From Eledone cirrhosa (Eukaryota), in the NCBI GenBank assembly GCA_964016885.1, contig OZ024741.1:162254001-162318000 (forward strand): a stretch of 64,000 nucleotides of DNA. The letters run 5' to 3'. Positions 24,300 to 38,861 of this stretch are shown here, in pieces. Made by a program: the position numbers and the translations under genes. Every line of letters starts with the position of its first letter. Within the stretch, counting starts at the first letter, position 1. The notes beneath the pieces were generated by a model. That model searched no databases. It had not been told where the DNA came from and worked only from the letters and a program-made list of their open reading frames with translations.

Positions 24300-25440
24300 A
24301 TTTTTATTAACCCAATTCTGTTCATTCTTTATTTCCCTCCCGCTTTCGTCATCACCTTTTACGTAGTTTTTACTCTTCAAACTCTCCTTCGCCCCTACCT
24401 CTCCCTTTTGTTTATGACGTTTCCTACTCAACTTTAAATACCTTGCTATCTTTGTTTCTTTACATCTGCATAACATACCTTTAATATACACAATATTTCT
24501 TTGTGTATGTGATTTGGTGTTAGTATTTGCACACACACGGAGTTCACCAGGCACGATTTTTCTGTCACGTTCAGTACAATATGATACTTTATGACAGTTT
24601 TATGGGAATTATAATATATAATAAATTACAGACATTTCCCCCATATTTATACAGATTATCTTTCTACGCTACCACTAGATATTTTCTTTTTTGCATATAC
24701 TTATTTCATTCCTTTTTATTTTTTTTTCATTTTTTATTCACTTTTCTTCGCTGTCTTTTCCTCTCCAGACTTTCTCTTCAATATTTTCTTCAATTTGGAG
24801 CTATTTCATTCTGTCTCTCATTCCCCTACCCTATTTCTTCCGGTTCATTTCTTGTTTTCTGTCCATCTCTTCCACATTTATTTTTATTTATATCACAACC
24901 ACTTCGTTGCTTTATATTCTAAATAGCATCAGCCTTTTAATATCTATATTTACACCAGATCTTTTGGTTTTTCTCCACCCCCACTAGTTAATTCTCTATT
25001 TTGTTTACAGATATTTTCATCAACTGACTCTTCTTCCGTCGCTTTATTTATTTCTTTTTCACGTTTTCTCGCTCTTTCGTTCCCAATTGTCGGCCTCTCA
25101 ATTTTCTTCTTATATAACCTAACATTTATTGTCCTATTGCTTCTCTCTTTCTATCTATATCTATCTATCCATCTCTTTCCTTATCAATATCAATATCGTT
25201 CTGTATTTTACAGTCACTTTATTTAATTGCCTCTTCTCTGTTTTTCTATTCTGTCACTCTCACTATATTTCTCTTTATTTCATTCGACCACCCTCTTACA
25301 CCCACTCGTTCTTTCCTCTCCGCTTCACTCTTATTTTCTTTCTCTCTACCTATTTCATTTCTATCATTCTTTCTCACTGTCTATCTATCTTATCATCTCT
25401 CTCTCCCCTTTCTCTCGGTGATATCTTTCTCACATAGATA
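24300..25440 (+). repeat. ~1.1-kb pyrimidine-rich low-complexity tract
   Basis: Strong T/C bias on +; gives spurious F/L/S/I-rich ORFs. Confidence 0.8.
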
Positions 25441-25793
25441 AACTTAAACAATATGTAATCTTCACATGTCATTCCACACATTTTGTCAAAAAACACACAA
25501 GCGATCGATAATGACGTGCTGTGTATGTAAGTTCTATTGTAACAAATTCTCACCGCCGCCCTCATTCTGTTTCATAATAAAATTGTTTATAGCCTCTTCT
25601 ATAGATCAGTGGTGTGATATAGAAAATATGTTGTTGAACCTGGAGCTAAGCGCGGTCCATCTTATTGATCCAAGGGAATTCTAGAAGTCTAACTTCTAAC
25701 CTACCTCCATGTTGTTTTATTCACTAAGTTTAGTAGAATAAATCCAAGTTCGATTCTCAGTTGTGCCGTTTTATTTATTCTTCGTGTTATTTT

Positions 25794-25955
25794 GGGTGGA
25801 TTGGCAGTACCGGTAGAGAGTCGGACACCATGCTTTGCAGCATAGTTACGACCCTTTATGATCTGAGTTCAAAACCCGCCGAGGTTCGATAAAATAAAGT
25901 ACCAGTAATGCACTGAGTAATTGCTGGCCTTGTGCCAAAAGTAGAAACAATTATT
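25794..25955 (+). mobile_element. Family A SINE, young subfamily with internal core deletion
   Basis: Closely similar to the 5507 copy but GAGGTT is joined directly to CGATAAAATAAAG. Confidence 0.85.
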
Positions 25956-28709
25956 TTGATTTCTGGCCGAGGTCACTAGTTAAGAAAGATTCAACTCCGC
26001 TAGGTTGATTTATAAATTGACAAGGACTCTTCAGTGGTGATCAAACTAAACCATTAAAGTCTAATTTTCGTTTGTATCACACGCACTCTGTAATCGATTA
26101 CCATTCCTTGGTTGGTATTTTATCGAACCCCCAAGAGGATGGACGACAAAGATGAACTCTGCAGGATTTGAATTTATTACATAAAAGAGTCATAACTAAA
26201 TACCGCAAGTTATTTTGTCCGACGCTCTAGCGATTCTGCCTACCTTAAAGTGTATGTAATATTGATTTCTTATATCTAGTCATAGGGCGCCTTTTTGTAA
26301 GAGGGTGTGGTGGGGATTGACTATGACATTGTGACGCCCCCCGTTTATTTCCTAATCACATTAGTAATGGAAGTGAAGTGAGTGTGTGTGCATTGACTCG
26401 GAATCGAAACCAAGAGACATTTATGCCTTTTTCCAACGTTAGCGACATCAGTGAGGTGAAATAATTTCACACTTCTTACTTCATTTCCCCCCCACAGCTA
26501 AAAATTACCATATTTATTTGATTATTTATGGTGCACACGTAAATCTAGATCCGCATTCTTTAATGATGTGACAATGTTAATAAATAATTTACACCCATTT
26601 TGGTGGGAATGGTTTTAGAGTCGATTAGATAGATTCCCGCTCCCTTGAAGGGAAAAAGTCGATTAAAAAAATAAATAAAAAAGAGGAAAAAAGGTGAGGA
26701 GAAAAGGGAGTGAGAAACACCTGGACGGTATGAAAGGATGATAATTAAGCATCCATATGTTTATTTATAAATAATTGTTTCTACTTTTGGCATTACTAGT
26801 ACTTTATTTTATCGACCCCGTAAGGATGAAAGGCAAAGTTAACCTCGGCGGGATAAATAATAATCTCACTCTCACTCACAAATATTGCAATGGCGTAGTT
26901 AGAGGAGTTTGTGTCGCCTGGGACGGTCCTTCGGTTTGCCACCCTCTCTCGAAAACCAGCATAATCACAATGCAGTATTTACATCTTGAGGATTTCGTTA
27001 GCATATTTCTAATGAAAAGCAATGCCTATCATTTTTTAAATAGTTTGAAAAATAATAAAGAATTTGGAAAGATTTAGTAATATAACTTTCTCATAACTTA
27101 ACGATAGTTCTCACATAAAATTGTGATTGAAGATTTTTAGATAACACTTTAAAACCAACTGTTTTATATCAATGAACTAGGGGCGGTTCCAGGTGGTTTG
27201 GTATCAAAAGAGTTAAAAGATGAATCGTTAGAGCTCAGTAATGTAACGATAGAAGTTAATCATTTCAGATTCACAACGATGTAAGTCAGCATTCAGCTAT
27301 GGTTTTCGTAGTACCAAGAGGATGAAAGATTTAACTCTTCCTCCTTTGCATTTGATACCGGTTTATCGTATATAGTTTTTCCTGCAGGAATTGAAACATT
27401 CTTAAATACTACTCGCAGTGACTGAAAGTAAGGTGAATTGAGCTTATTTTGTGGTAAACAACAGTGTCAGTGACACGAATAACCAGAATGCAACCATTCA
27501 GTGGTTGGCAGCTACTCTATTGAGTCGACTATCAATAGGTCTTTCTGCTCACAAAATAAACCCGTCTTAAAATTTCAAAACTGCGTTTGAGCTGATGACA
27601 GGGGTGTAATTATCTGTCACCTATATTATTTACTTTGTATGGCAGAACTTTAAGTCTCAACTCTATATAAATTTCATGCTTCTTTTACACACATTTCATA
27701 CAAGCATCAGTACTAACATTTTAGTATATACAGGTCAGTTTGTGGGGTTGGTTGTTATTGCATTTAATCGAGTTCGTTGATAACTTTGGAGGTGGGTAGA
27801 TTTGTTCATGTTCAAGTTAAGGCGATTAACCGTCTTAGTTACGTGTGTGGGTGTGTAATTCTTTTCTCATAACCTCACCAACATCAAGATAAAGATAAAC
27901 GAATACAAACCCAAACCAACCAAGAGCCACAGTTACAAAAACACAACGTTTAACACAATTAAATTGATCATCTAAAACAAACCCTTTAACAATATATCAC
28001 CCTTATCAAAACAAAACAGCATTGACAAATACAAAAATTATATATATTTTAGTGCGTGACTGTAAATATATAAACTCTCGGGTCCCAAATAATAGGAGTG
28101 GAAGGAATAAGTTTTTTAATGTATAAAGTAACTTAATTGCTGCAGGAATGCTACCACTTAAAATAAAATTAACAAAATTTAATAAGCGGGGTGGGGGACC
28201 TCGTGATTGCAAAGAAAATTTCTTAACCACGCAGCCATACCTGTGTCAATACAATAGGTAGATATATTCGCTATTCATACTTAAATACATTACACACGAG
28301 AATACATTGCATATTTATTACATTAAATTGACAGTAAAAAGATGTTACAGGTATGGGGGTGGGAATATATACAATATATGAAGAAAATCTCAACGAAAAG
28401 ATCAACAGACCAGACATAATGATCTGCGACGGTAAAATGAAAATGTGCACAGTGGTAGAAATCAGTTCTCCAGCAAACATTTCCATAACTTAAAACGAAT
28501 ATTGTGGCCCTGATCATGTTGATTACAGCATATCATTAGACCATTTTAAGAAAAACAAATTTTTCCACAGACATGACAAATATAATTAATTATTTGGCCC
28601 CCCACAGCAAAATATCATCATAGTCTCATATATACAAGCTGCCCCTCCTAAAAAAAAAAGTCTCGAAACTTCTGGAATGCGCCTTGTATATGTAACATAC
28701 ACACACACA

Positions 28710-28749
<40 letters not shown>

Positions 28750-31013
28750 CATTAAAAGGCTACAGTAATGCAAAAGACGTAGTAGTAGTAGAAAACTTTG
28801 AAATTAATATTTTATTTAGGTAATACAAGAGAAAAGCAAGTTTCAATGCAATGGGGAATCAGATTGAAGAATAGAATAAAAGATTTTTTTTTTTATCTAT
28901 CTCTGATATTTGATATTGACGTCAAAGGTCTTGTAGAGCAGAGGAAGACATAAACACACACACCAATATGTGTGTACGTGTGTATATGTAGACATACACA
29001 GATGTTTAGTGGTGCCTATAATATTTTTCTCTATTTCATACTCGTACTTTTCCCCGTCTAATCCTATTATTTACTTTGACACACATACACACCTACACTC
29101 ATACATTACATAATGACATAAGACATGTGTATCATACCCATAAGAACGTACATATGTAGCTTTACGCTACACATGTATAATCACAAACAAACCTACACAA
29201 ATAAAGACCCATATCATGAAAAATTAAACCAAAAGTACGTACATTTATAAAGATATGAGTAGAAATATGTCCATAGGCTTAACAACGATAATATACATAC
29301 ACACACATATATATATATAGAGAGAGAGACACACACACGCACACACATATATATATACATGTATATATATATACACACACATATATTTATATATATATGA
29401 GAGAGAAAACATATATATACATAGATAGATTGGCATGTGTATGTGCACATGTACCTATAACATAAGGAAGCACTCATGCACACACACACTCACACACAGA
29501 TGAATATATCGAAGAACAAAAGATATTGAAGTAGAATCATACTACCATTTTCTTGTGGACATTTCTATAGAAGATGCGCCATCTTCGTTAAAATACGTTT
29601 GTAGTGTGGTTGCAAAGCAACAAACTCAAGAGGCCTGCTACTTTATATTATATTATAACGATTTAACACTTCAAAATATGTCAGAGCGCCTCTGATATAA
29701 CGATCCTGGAAGACATCTTTATTTAAGGAAGGGAACATCAAATAATTGTCAAATATTTCTCTCTCTCACTTACACACACAGATATATACATATATATATG
29801 CATTCAAACACACACACGCATATATCATATGTATATAGATGTGTGTGTAAATATATATATATATAATTGTTGTATGATATCTGGATAAGAACGAGAAGAG
29901 ACCACAATTAAAATAAAGTATTCAATACATGAAGTAGAGAGAATATATACCATTGTATCTGCATTGTTAATCTTGATAATTATTATCAAATGGGAATTTT
30001 TTTTTTCGTTAGGGTGGAGGTTTTTTTTCAGAAACATTGCAAACTAATCGAAGTTGTATTTCATTGATCACACTGCTTAATTGAAAAGTTGATTCGTCAT
30101 ACTAAGTTCGAATCCTGCCATGGCTAGTTGGACAGTAATCACATTCAATCGACTCTAGCGCTACACTATCATGGTGAGATCTTGAGATCACGTTAAGTAA
30201 ATAGAACTACATCAATTTCGACGATGAATGTACCAGTTTTTCACTCAAATTAACTCGAAAAATGACTGAATATCCCCCCCCCCCACACACACACACACTC
30301 CAGACAGGTACACCCTTAACGCAATTCTTAGTGATATTCTACGTGTCACAAAGTGCGACCTTTAAATTACAAGAATATTTCAACCGATGGACTTCCAAAC
30401 AGTTTCACTCACGAAGCTTGGGTCGACTAAAGGCTATGGAAAGTCACTTGCCAAAAATTCCACGCCATGGGGACGAAACTTCGTGATTTTAGAAAAATTT
30501 CTTAACCATTTAACCATGCTACGTCTACAGCCTTGTTAATAAAACCAGTTTAACTCGCTATCACCATTGGAAGAGAATACATAATGCAACCGTTGAACCA
30601 CTGAAACTACATTACCATAACTCTAAATTCTTAATACCAGCTCACGTAATAAATGAGTGATGCCGATCATTTCTAGATAGTCTTTCCGAAGACAAACATA
30701 TCTGGTTTTGTCAGTTTAAAAAAAAGCTGCATTGGCTTCATTCTCATCTCTATGCTAACGACGACTCATGCTACTGGTTAACAACATCACCATCAAGATG
30801 ATGGAGCTGTGATCTAAATCTGATTTCACCTCCATTTAATCAAATTATATCTATTTTAACCTGCTTATATTTTTGTGAATAGCCAATCAAAATCTATTTT
30901 CAGCTGACCGACTTTTTGTTTTCACTTCCCCTCCGTTCTTTTGCTATTTACATCATGTGTCACAATGCTACGCATTAAGAACACCGGATATCTATTTAGG
31001 TGAGAAAGAGAGC

Positions 31014-31061
<48 letters not shown>

Positions 31062-31923
31062 CGAGAGAGGGATAAAGAAGGAAAGAGGTGAGGTTGAAAT
31101 TAGAAAAAGTATTTGACCAAAAAGATCACCATATTTTTACAAGACCGGTTTCATTTTCTGTGTGTGTGCGCGTGAATTTATTCGTAGACGCATGCCATAC
31201 ATACAAGTAAACTTTACCTGAGAGAACAATGAAACATAAAGAGCTAAGAGAACAATTCTTCCATTGTTCAAGCAAAATGAAAGTTATGTAGTATTTCATG
31301 TGTTTACATGAAAACAGATCTGGGAGATACACGCTGTCAGTGGTGTAAATCTTATTTTCGTGTATTAATTGTTATTTACAAACAGTTTTGAAAGACTCAC
31401 TGATGTTATCGCTCGTACTTCATGATAGAATACCTTATCTCTACCGTGATCCGAGTGGCGAAGTGCATCGAATATAATGCTGAGCGGTATTCGTCCCGCC
31501 ATTCTGTGCTCTCTGGGTTCAATTCTAGCCGAGGTCCTCTTCGCCATTTATCTTTTCGAGTCAATAAAAATAGTATCAATCCTGTACTGGGGTCAATTCT
31601 TACTCTACATATATCTCTTATTTGCTCTGTATTCGACCTGGAGAACCACCGTTTGTCATTACGGCACTCATAATTATATATATATATATATATATATGAG
31701 GATCGATCGACTTTCGTCAGATCGGACCGAGGAAACAATGTTTCCATTGGTCTTTCCAATTGCTAATACTAACTGTCGGTCGCAACTCCAGGTAGAAGGA
31801 GGCAACGTGAAATAAAGTGTCTTGTTCAAGGATATAACGCATCACTCGGTCTGGTAATCGAACTCACAACCTCATGATTGTGAATCTAACCACTCCTATA
31901 TATCCATTTATATATATACATAA

Positions 31924-32042
<119 letters not shown>

Positions 32043-32495
32043 CTTTCATTTATATATATATATATATATATATATGCTTCCTATTTGGCTACAATAAACG
32101 ATTATAACTTCTAACAGAATAAACAATCAAGTATACACAATCTAGCAAAGATCACCTTGTTCGTACACACACATACACACGCGCGCGCGCACATGCACAC
32201 ACACACACACACACGCATACATACACTCACATTCGCGCACACACACACACACACATATATATATATTTAATATTGGATATATTTCCTGTTTTGTTTTTTT
32301 AATAGATCGCCCAAGGCCAATAAAACCAAGACAAAGTAATAAAAAAAGAGAAAATAATGATTCTAGAATGCTCCATAGTAATCACTCGGTTTCTCTAGTT
32401 ATACAGGTGTGACCCACAGAACAAGTGCATACATTCACACTCACACATCTCTCTTACTCTCTCTATATCTATGTGTGTATATATCTATGTGTGTG

Positions 32496-32544
<49 letters not shown>

Positions 32545-32577
32545 GGGCAAAAGTGAGATTATGTGCAAATATATATA

Positions 32578-32722
32578 TAGATGGATGTGTGTGTATACAT
32601 ATATGGATGTGTGTGTATACATATATGGATGTGTGTGTATACATATAAATATATATATAAATGGATGTGTGTGTATACATATAAATATATATATAAATGG
32701 ATGCGTGTGTATACATATATAT
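32578..32722. repeat. Minisatellite of 22-bp and 36-bp units (ATGGATGTGTGTGTATACATAT..)
   Basis: About five tandem units read directly. Confidence 0.85.
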
Positions 32723-32846
32723 AAAATTATTAATTATATATATATAATTATATGTGTGTGTGCAATTATATATATATATGTATACTTAATTGCACACACA
32801 CATATATATATAATTATATATATATATAAATAATTAGATAATAAAC

Positions 32847-32903
<57 letters not shown>

Positions 32904-35181
32904 GTGTACTAAGTACATTAACCTCTCTGAAGTAATACAGTACCCTTTCACCCAGAATATAAAAGAGATCAGTGTTTTCTCTATGAGATGTTTTTTTATG
33001 TTCGACCAAACAACTTTCTATTGAACTATCTTCAGTTCACGTCATCATTATGCAGTAAAGAGGTATAAATAATCTTGTCTATTGTTTATTACATACTAGA
33101 TATGAGGCTGCAACTCGATTTCGAGTAATGCCATCGCTTGAGTATCATGGACGTGGCCTTTTAGTCCTGCTAAGGACTTGCCTATGGCCAGCAATACCAT
33201 GCATCGCAAAAATGTCACATATCAAGCAAAGCCTGTGCTTGAAGCTTTTTTAAGTGAGGAAACGTATAGACATACATACATACATTACATTGCATTACAT
33301 TACATTACATGATTGCTGTCTCTTCTTGGGTTCCAGTTTGGAGAGGCATGAGCTCCACTGGGCTTAAAATGTCCGAAACACCATGTCTTAACAACGCTCC
33401 TACGACTCCAACAGAAGTTAAGTGGCCTTTACCTACCTACTTATAATGAACCAGGCCTCATATCTATTACAAATAAGTTTGTATGATATATATACGTATC
33501 TTTCTCTAGAACTTTACGACAAAAGTGCAGATGACTATAAATATTATTTGAAAGCAGATGTTAGCTATCTTTTCCCAATTTACTTTACGATGTTCAGATC
33601 TATTTCTATAACTGTGGCTGAAATATTACAGTTATAGGGTTGTCACTTCTAATTTACATCATTAATGTGAAAAAAAAAAAAGAAAATAATCATGTGACGA
33701 ACTCATTGTGGTTTAAGCATCACCTCATCCAACTCTCTTATCTTATTTTCGCGCTATCAACTCTCCTTCACTTTACTTCTACATTTCTCTTTTTCTTTCT
33801 TTTTTACTGGTTTCAGTTATTAGACTGCGACCATGATGGGGCACCGTATTCAAGCAACCCTACAACTTTATTTCTAAATCTGGTGCTTTTTATCGATCTC
33901 TATTTGTCGAACTGGTATGTTACTGGACATAAACAAACACAGACATACACATATATTTATATACATACAAAAGACAGTTTCCATCTAACAAATTGTATTC
34001 ACAAGGTATTGGTCAGTTCGAGGTTATAGCACGTAGTGGTGTTGAACTCGAAACCACTGCTTCCAAAACAAACTCCTTAACCAGAGAGTCATGCTTGCAC
34101 CTACTCCACAAATAATTCTGTCAAACATTTGCAATAGGCCAGCAATTTAAGGGAATGTGGAAGTCAATTAATTCGACCCCAGTATTTGGCTGGTACTTTA
34201 TTTTATCGCCCTTGACTTCGGTGGGATTTGAACGTAAACAACTGAAACCAAAACTACTAAGCATTTATCCGACGCTTTACCGATTCTGCTAATCCACCGC
34301 CCTACCTACTCTGTAAATAATGAACATAAAATGTGGGGTTAACAATGAACCGTCTAACTTCCCGCCATCCTCAAACCTAAAGCAATTTAAATTACAAATT
34401 AACTGTACACACCTTCAGAATAGCAAAAGACTTAGAAGATTATAAACTTTCCTCACAATCAACCATACCACCTAACCCCACCCACTTCCTAGCCAATCAG
34501 ACCACAATTTTGATTACATCGTTTACTACCAACCCCAAAATAAAAAAAATGAAAAACAGTATTTATTCAACATGTCGATTTTAACCAAGTTCATTCTGGT
34601 TACCTTATTTTAAACCCGATGCTTCATTTTGTGGTGAAAAATATTCTTTCTTTTTAAATTCCAATCTCTATAAATAAATTTAGATATATTAAGATTTTTT
34701 TTTATTGAGAAGAAATGAGAAAAAAAATTAGGATAGAATGAAAAATGAAAACAAAAAAAGAAGCTTCTATGGCAAAGAATCCATTACATATTCAGCATTT
34801 TTGGAGGCTTTGTTTTTATATTTTTATAATAATAATAATAGTAATAATAATAATAATAATAATGGTAATAATAATTAAAGCGATTATGGTAAGAAAGAAT
34901 ATTCTAGAATTTTCAGAATAGGCCCTTAAATTGCCGGCAACTATATATGCTCGCTGTGAATTGATAATAGAATTTGAAGAAGAAGAAGAAAACATCCGTT
35001 ACATTGTTGGAAAAGTACACACCATAGAAAGTAGGAAGGGAAAATAAGAAACGAAAAGGAAAATTAATTGATTGATCATAGATTGTCGGTTCGATCGAAA
35101 ACGAATCGGCAATATTCCAAGATTTTAATATTTTGTTCAGATACAGTCCTGCTTTCCTTCTGATAGGGAAAGGTAGCATGG

Positions 35182-35492
35182 GCGGAGGGAAGTGGCTAAG
35201 TGGTTAGTGTGTTCGGCTTATGATCGTAATGTCGGGAGTTCGAATCACGGACAGCACGTTGTGTCTTTGAGCAACACATTTTATTTCACGTTGCTTCACT
35301 CCACTCAGCCCACAAAAATGAGTTGTACCTGCAATTCAAGGAGCCAACCTTCTCATACATTGTGTCACGATGAATCTCTCTGAGAACTACGTTGATGTTA
35401 CTCGTGTGTGTGGAATGTTCAGCCACTTACACGTTAATTTCACGAAAAGGCAATTCAGTTGATTAAATCGTCGTCGGAAACGGCAGAGGTCC
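35182..35492 (+). mobile_element. tRNA-derived SINE family C with shared 3' module
   Basis: A-box TGGCTAAGTGGTTAG, B-box GAGTTCGAATC, then GTACCTGCAATTCAAG..CAGCCACTTACACGTTAATTTCACG. Confidence 0.8.
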
Positions 35493-35509
35493 AATATATA
35501 TCATTGTCT

Positions 35510-35850
35510 AGCTTAGCTGAATGGTTAAGACGTTTGCTTCGCAATCATGAACCCCCGCGTTGGATCCCACTGCGTGGCATCATGGACAAGTGTCTTTGAT
35601 ACAGTCTCAGGTTGATCCAAGTCCCTGAGTGAAATTGAGTAGATGGAAACTGTGCTGAAGCCTTTTGGCTGGATTGTACATGCAATTCAAAAGGTCCAGT
35701 CTTATCACACATTATGTCACGCTGATTCGGCCCATGAATTACATTAAGGGTATGTGTGTCTGCGGAATACTCAACCACATACACCTTAGTTTACAAGTTG
35801 AATTTCCAATTGATGAAACAACTGAATGCTCATCGTCGGAACCAACGAAG
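35510..35850 (+). mobile_element. tRNA-derived SINE family B with shared 3' module
   Basis: TGGTTAAGACGTTTGCTTCGCAATC..CCCACTGCGTGGCA..GGACAAGTGTCTT..AGATGGAAACTG, then the same 3' module as family C. Confidence 0.8.
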
Positions 35851-37021
35851 AATCCATCATGCATTACAAATGGTTAGCCGTCCACACCACATCAATTACA
35901 ACAATGTACAAATATACGGCGCCGGTTAGAAAGAATTAATAGAAATAAAGGGGAAAAAGTCATAATTTAGGATAGTTGCAAAAATGTTAAAATTTTTGTT
36001 AGGAAAAAAATCAAAAACATTTCACAATTTTGCCTAGAAAAAAGTCACTGAAAAATGTTACATTTTATCTAAATAACATACATAATAGTGTAATTAAATA
36101 ATATTTTAACGTCACTTGTTGAATGACAATACATGACCTGTACGCTATGTCTACACAATTTATAGAATGGCATCACACTTATGTGGAAAATAGAATCACA
36201 ATTTATTTAATATCTTAAAACAATTAAACAACAACAGCACTTATTGAAGTTTTCTTCTCGCTTTATTTCTGACATTTTTCCTTGATTCGTCAACTATAGT
36301 ATTTATCAAGGGGCTCGCCATAATTTTTTTTTAATGTACCGAATTATAAAAAGTATAATTCTCTATTATAAGTGACCAGTATAGTTAAGTGGGTGCATGT
36401 TTAATGTACACACCAATGAAAACAGTCTTCCATATTCCGTAGAGTTTTGTGATACTTGATGGTGCTGTGATATAACTAATATTATTACTGAAAAATTCCT
36501 ATTTGACTATCCACGCCAGTGACAATTTATGAATTAAACAAGAAAAGAGACCTAATTTTCCCTCTCGTGTGCTCCAAAACAAGTTTCACACTTAGGGTTC
36601 TTTTTGAGACAATGTTTTACGGTCAGATACCTTTGCTGGCGCCAAGTATTTTAGTCGGCTCTTACGTCATGCGGTGTTCTAAACTGGGTACACACAGTAA
36701 TGCTAATCAACTGAAATATAACTAAATTTGATACTTTATTCTTGGAATATCGAGCGAAACATTGGCTGATAATGATTCCATTAGTAGTAATTTGTTGAAT
36801 GTTGACAGCTTACAACGTTGATATCTCTGCATGAAGTGACAAAAAGCTTTCATGTAAATTAATCTCAATTGGAGTGAGAAATCCGAGAACAAAAGCCATA
36901 AGTTTAGTTTAAGCTTTACCATCATGTCTAACCTTACAAATACATTGGACTCCCTGATAGGGAAAGGCTCTGCTGTATGTCGCTAGGGTGCTCCCACGAC
37001 TCCACCAGAAGTTAGGAATAC

Positions 37022-37215
37022 CAGACCTGCCAACCCCTAAAAACCCAAACGGGGAGTACCATGAAAAAAAGTGCTCCAAAACTGGGAGAAATGAGGCAAA
37101 ATTGGGAGATTTTACATAATGAAAGCTATACCCATTTTCACAAGAAAAGACATCTCTCACCCACCCCAAAGTGGGTGGGGATCTCCCCGCCGGACGGGGA
37201 GAGTTGACAAGTCTG
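37022..37215. mobile_element. hAT-like MITE
   Basis: TIRs CAGACCTGCCAAC / GTTGACAAGTCTG (11/13); flanks GAATAC / GAATGC. Confidence 0.7.
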
Positions 37216-37854
37216 GAATGCATTACATACTTACGTTCTACAATTAGTGTCTAGGAGGAATATTAGTTCTTTGGACTGTATAAAGAAATAAAAAGAAATC
37301 AAACAAGTTTTTATATGCATCAGAGACGGGAGAACATCGGACAAATGCTGAGCAGTTTATATTCCGGTTCTTTACGATCTGGGGTCAAATCCCACCGAGA
37401 TCAACTTTGTTGATCCTCCTTCCATGTTCGATAAAATAAAATACCAGTTCAGTACTAGGTCGATATAATCTACTTTTCCCCTCTCCTAAAATTTCTGGCC
37501 TTGTGCCAAAATTAGAAACCATTATCCCAGTGATTTGAGATCCAAAGAGAATTCACACTGAACTAAGTAATCTATATAATGCATGTAAAGGAACGTTTTT
37601 ATTTTGTTAAATAGAGACACATTAACTTTTATTCCACGAAGAGCGAACAAGACATTAAAATATAACGGAATCTTGATGACATACCTAAAATCTTATCAAA
37701 GTTCAATGCGTAACAATATTTCGTAGCGCGCGCGCACACACACACACACACACACATATACATTAGAAGATAAAGGAGAAGGTAATTGAATTAAATTATA
37801 TATCATGATTGTGGATGAAACTGATGCATCAAACGTTCATTCCTCAAAAGACAT

Positions 37855-37889
<35 letters not shown>

Positions 37890-38861
37890 GCACATATATA
37901 TTCACACACAGGTATATACGCTGTTCGGTAATAATCGCAACACCTCGGAACTACACATATGGCGTAAATTGGATTAAATCTACAATAGAACGAAACGAGT
38001 TTTTAGTTCCTCTTTAGATTACTTCATATCTCTCTCTCCCCGTGCATACATTTCAATTAGCAAGAAATACCTTCTGACTCAAAAACTACTGACTTTCAAA
38101 ACTAAAATTAAATTGGTTTTGAATGTTAACTACATTTAGATCGCCCTTCTTATCAGACATGGGAAAAACTTAAATCGTACCTGTTATTTTTGACGTAATG
38201 GTATGGAGCTCTACGCACCCTTTACACTAGTACACACACAGGCATTCACAAATAGCGCCGCTCTGTAGGATTGGGCATGAAACCATGGAATTGTGAAGCA
38301 AAACCTTTAATCACACGGCAATCTCCACGCCTAATATATGGATTATCAACCACGCACAAACCATGTGTTTGTATATTTATAATTTCTGTCTCTAACTCTT
38401 TACAGTTCACACACATACACACACACACACACACACATACACACATATATACACACAGTCACACACATACATACATACAAAATGTATTTGTTATATCACT
38501 CAAGTTGCTACAATAAGAAGTTCGCTTTCCAATCACAGTAATTAGTTATTTCTCTAAAATTATTCATACATTTAATCCTGTATGTCATTCCGAACATTTA
38601 TGTAATTATACACTAGAAATAAATTAAAATATAAATTTTATCTTTCATCACTTGCACGTATCCGTAATGAATATAACTCTATGGTTTCTCTTATGCAAAC
38701 CATTCATTTATCAAAATTTAAATTTTCCAGTTTGTATGATTGTTGCTATCCGGTAATCTTGGTATAATATGGTATAGATATCTTGGACTCCAAAAATTAA
38801 ATGCATACAATACTATTGCCGTCGTTATTTGCGGCATGGTGCTACTAGTTTAAAATATTAA

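Noticed and set aside
24527-25437. Hydrophobic 98-131 aa ORFs resembling membrane proteins
   Set aside because: Products of the pyrimidine-rich low-complexity tract.
26330-26573. TGT...ACA segment as a solo LTR
   Set aside because: No target-site duplication and no second copy in the window.
35182-35260. tRNA gene (A and B boxes)
   Set aside because: No complete cloverleaf; it continues into a SINE body. The same applies to the other tRNA-like heads.
36150-36321. Minus-strand MASPLINTIVDESRK.. as a Merlin/IS1595-like transposase piece
   Set aside because: Similarity limited to a few residues, multiple stops, no TIRs found.
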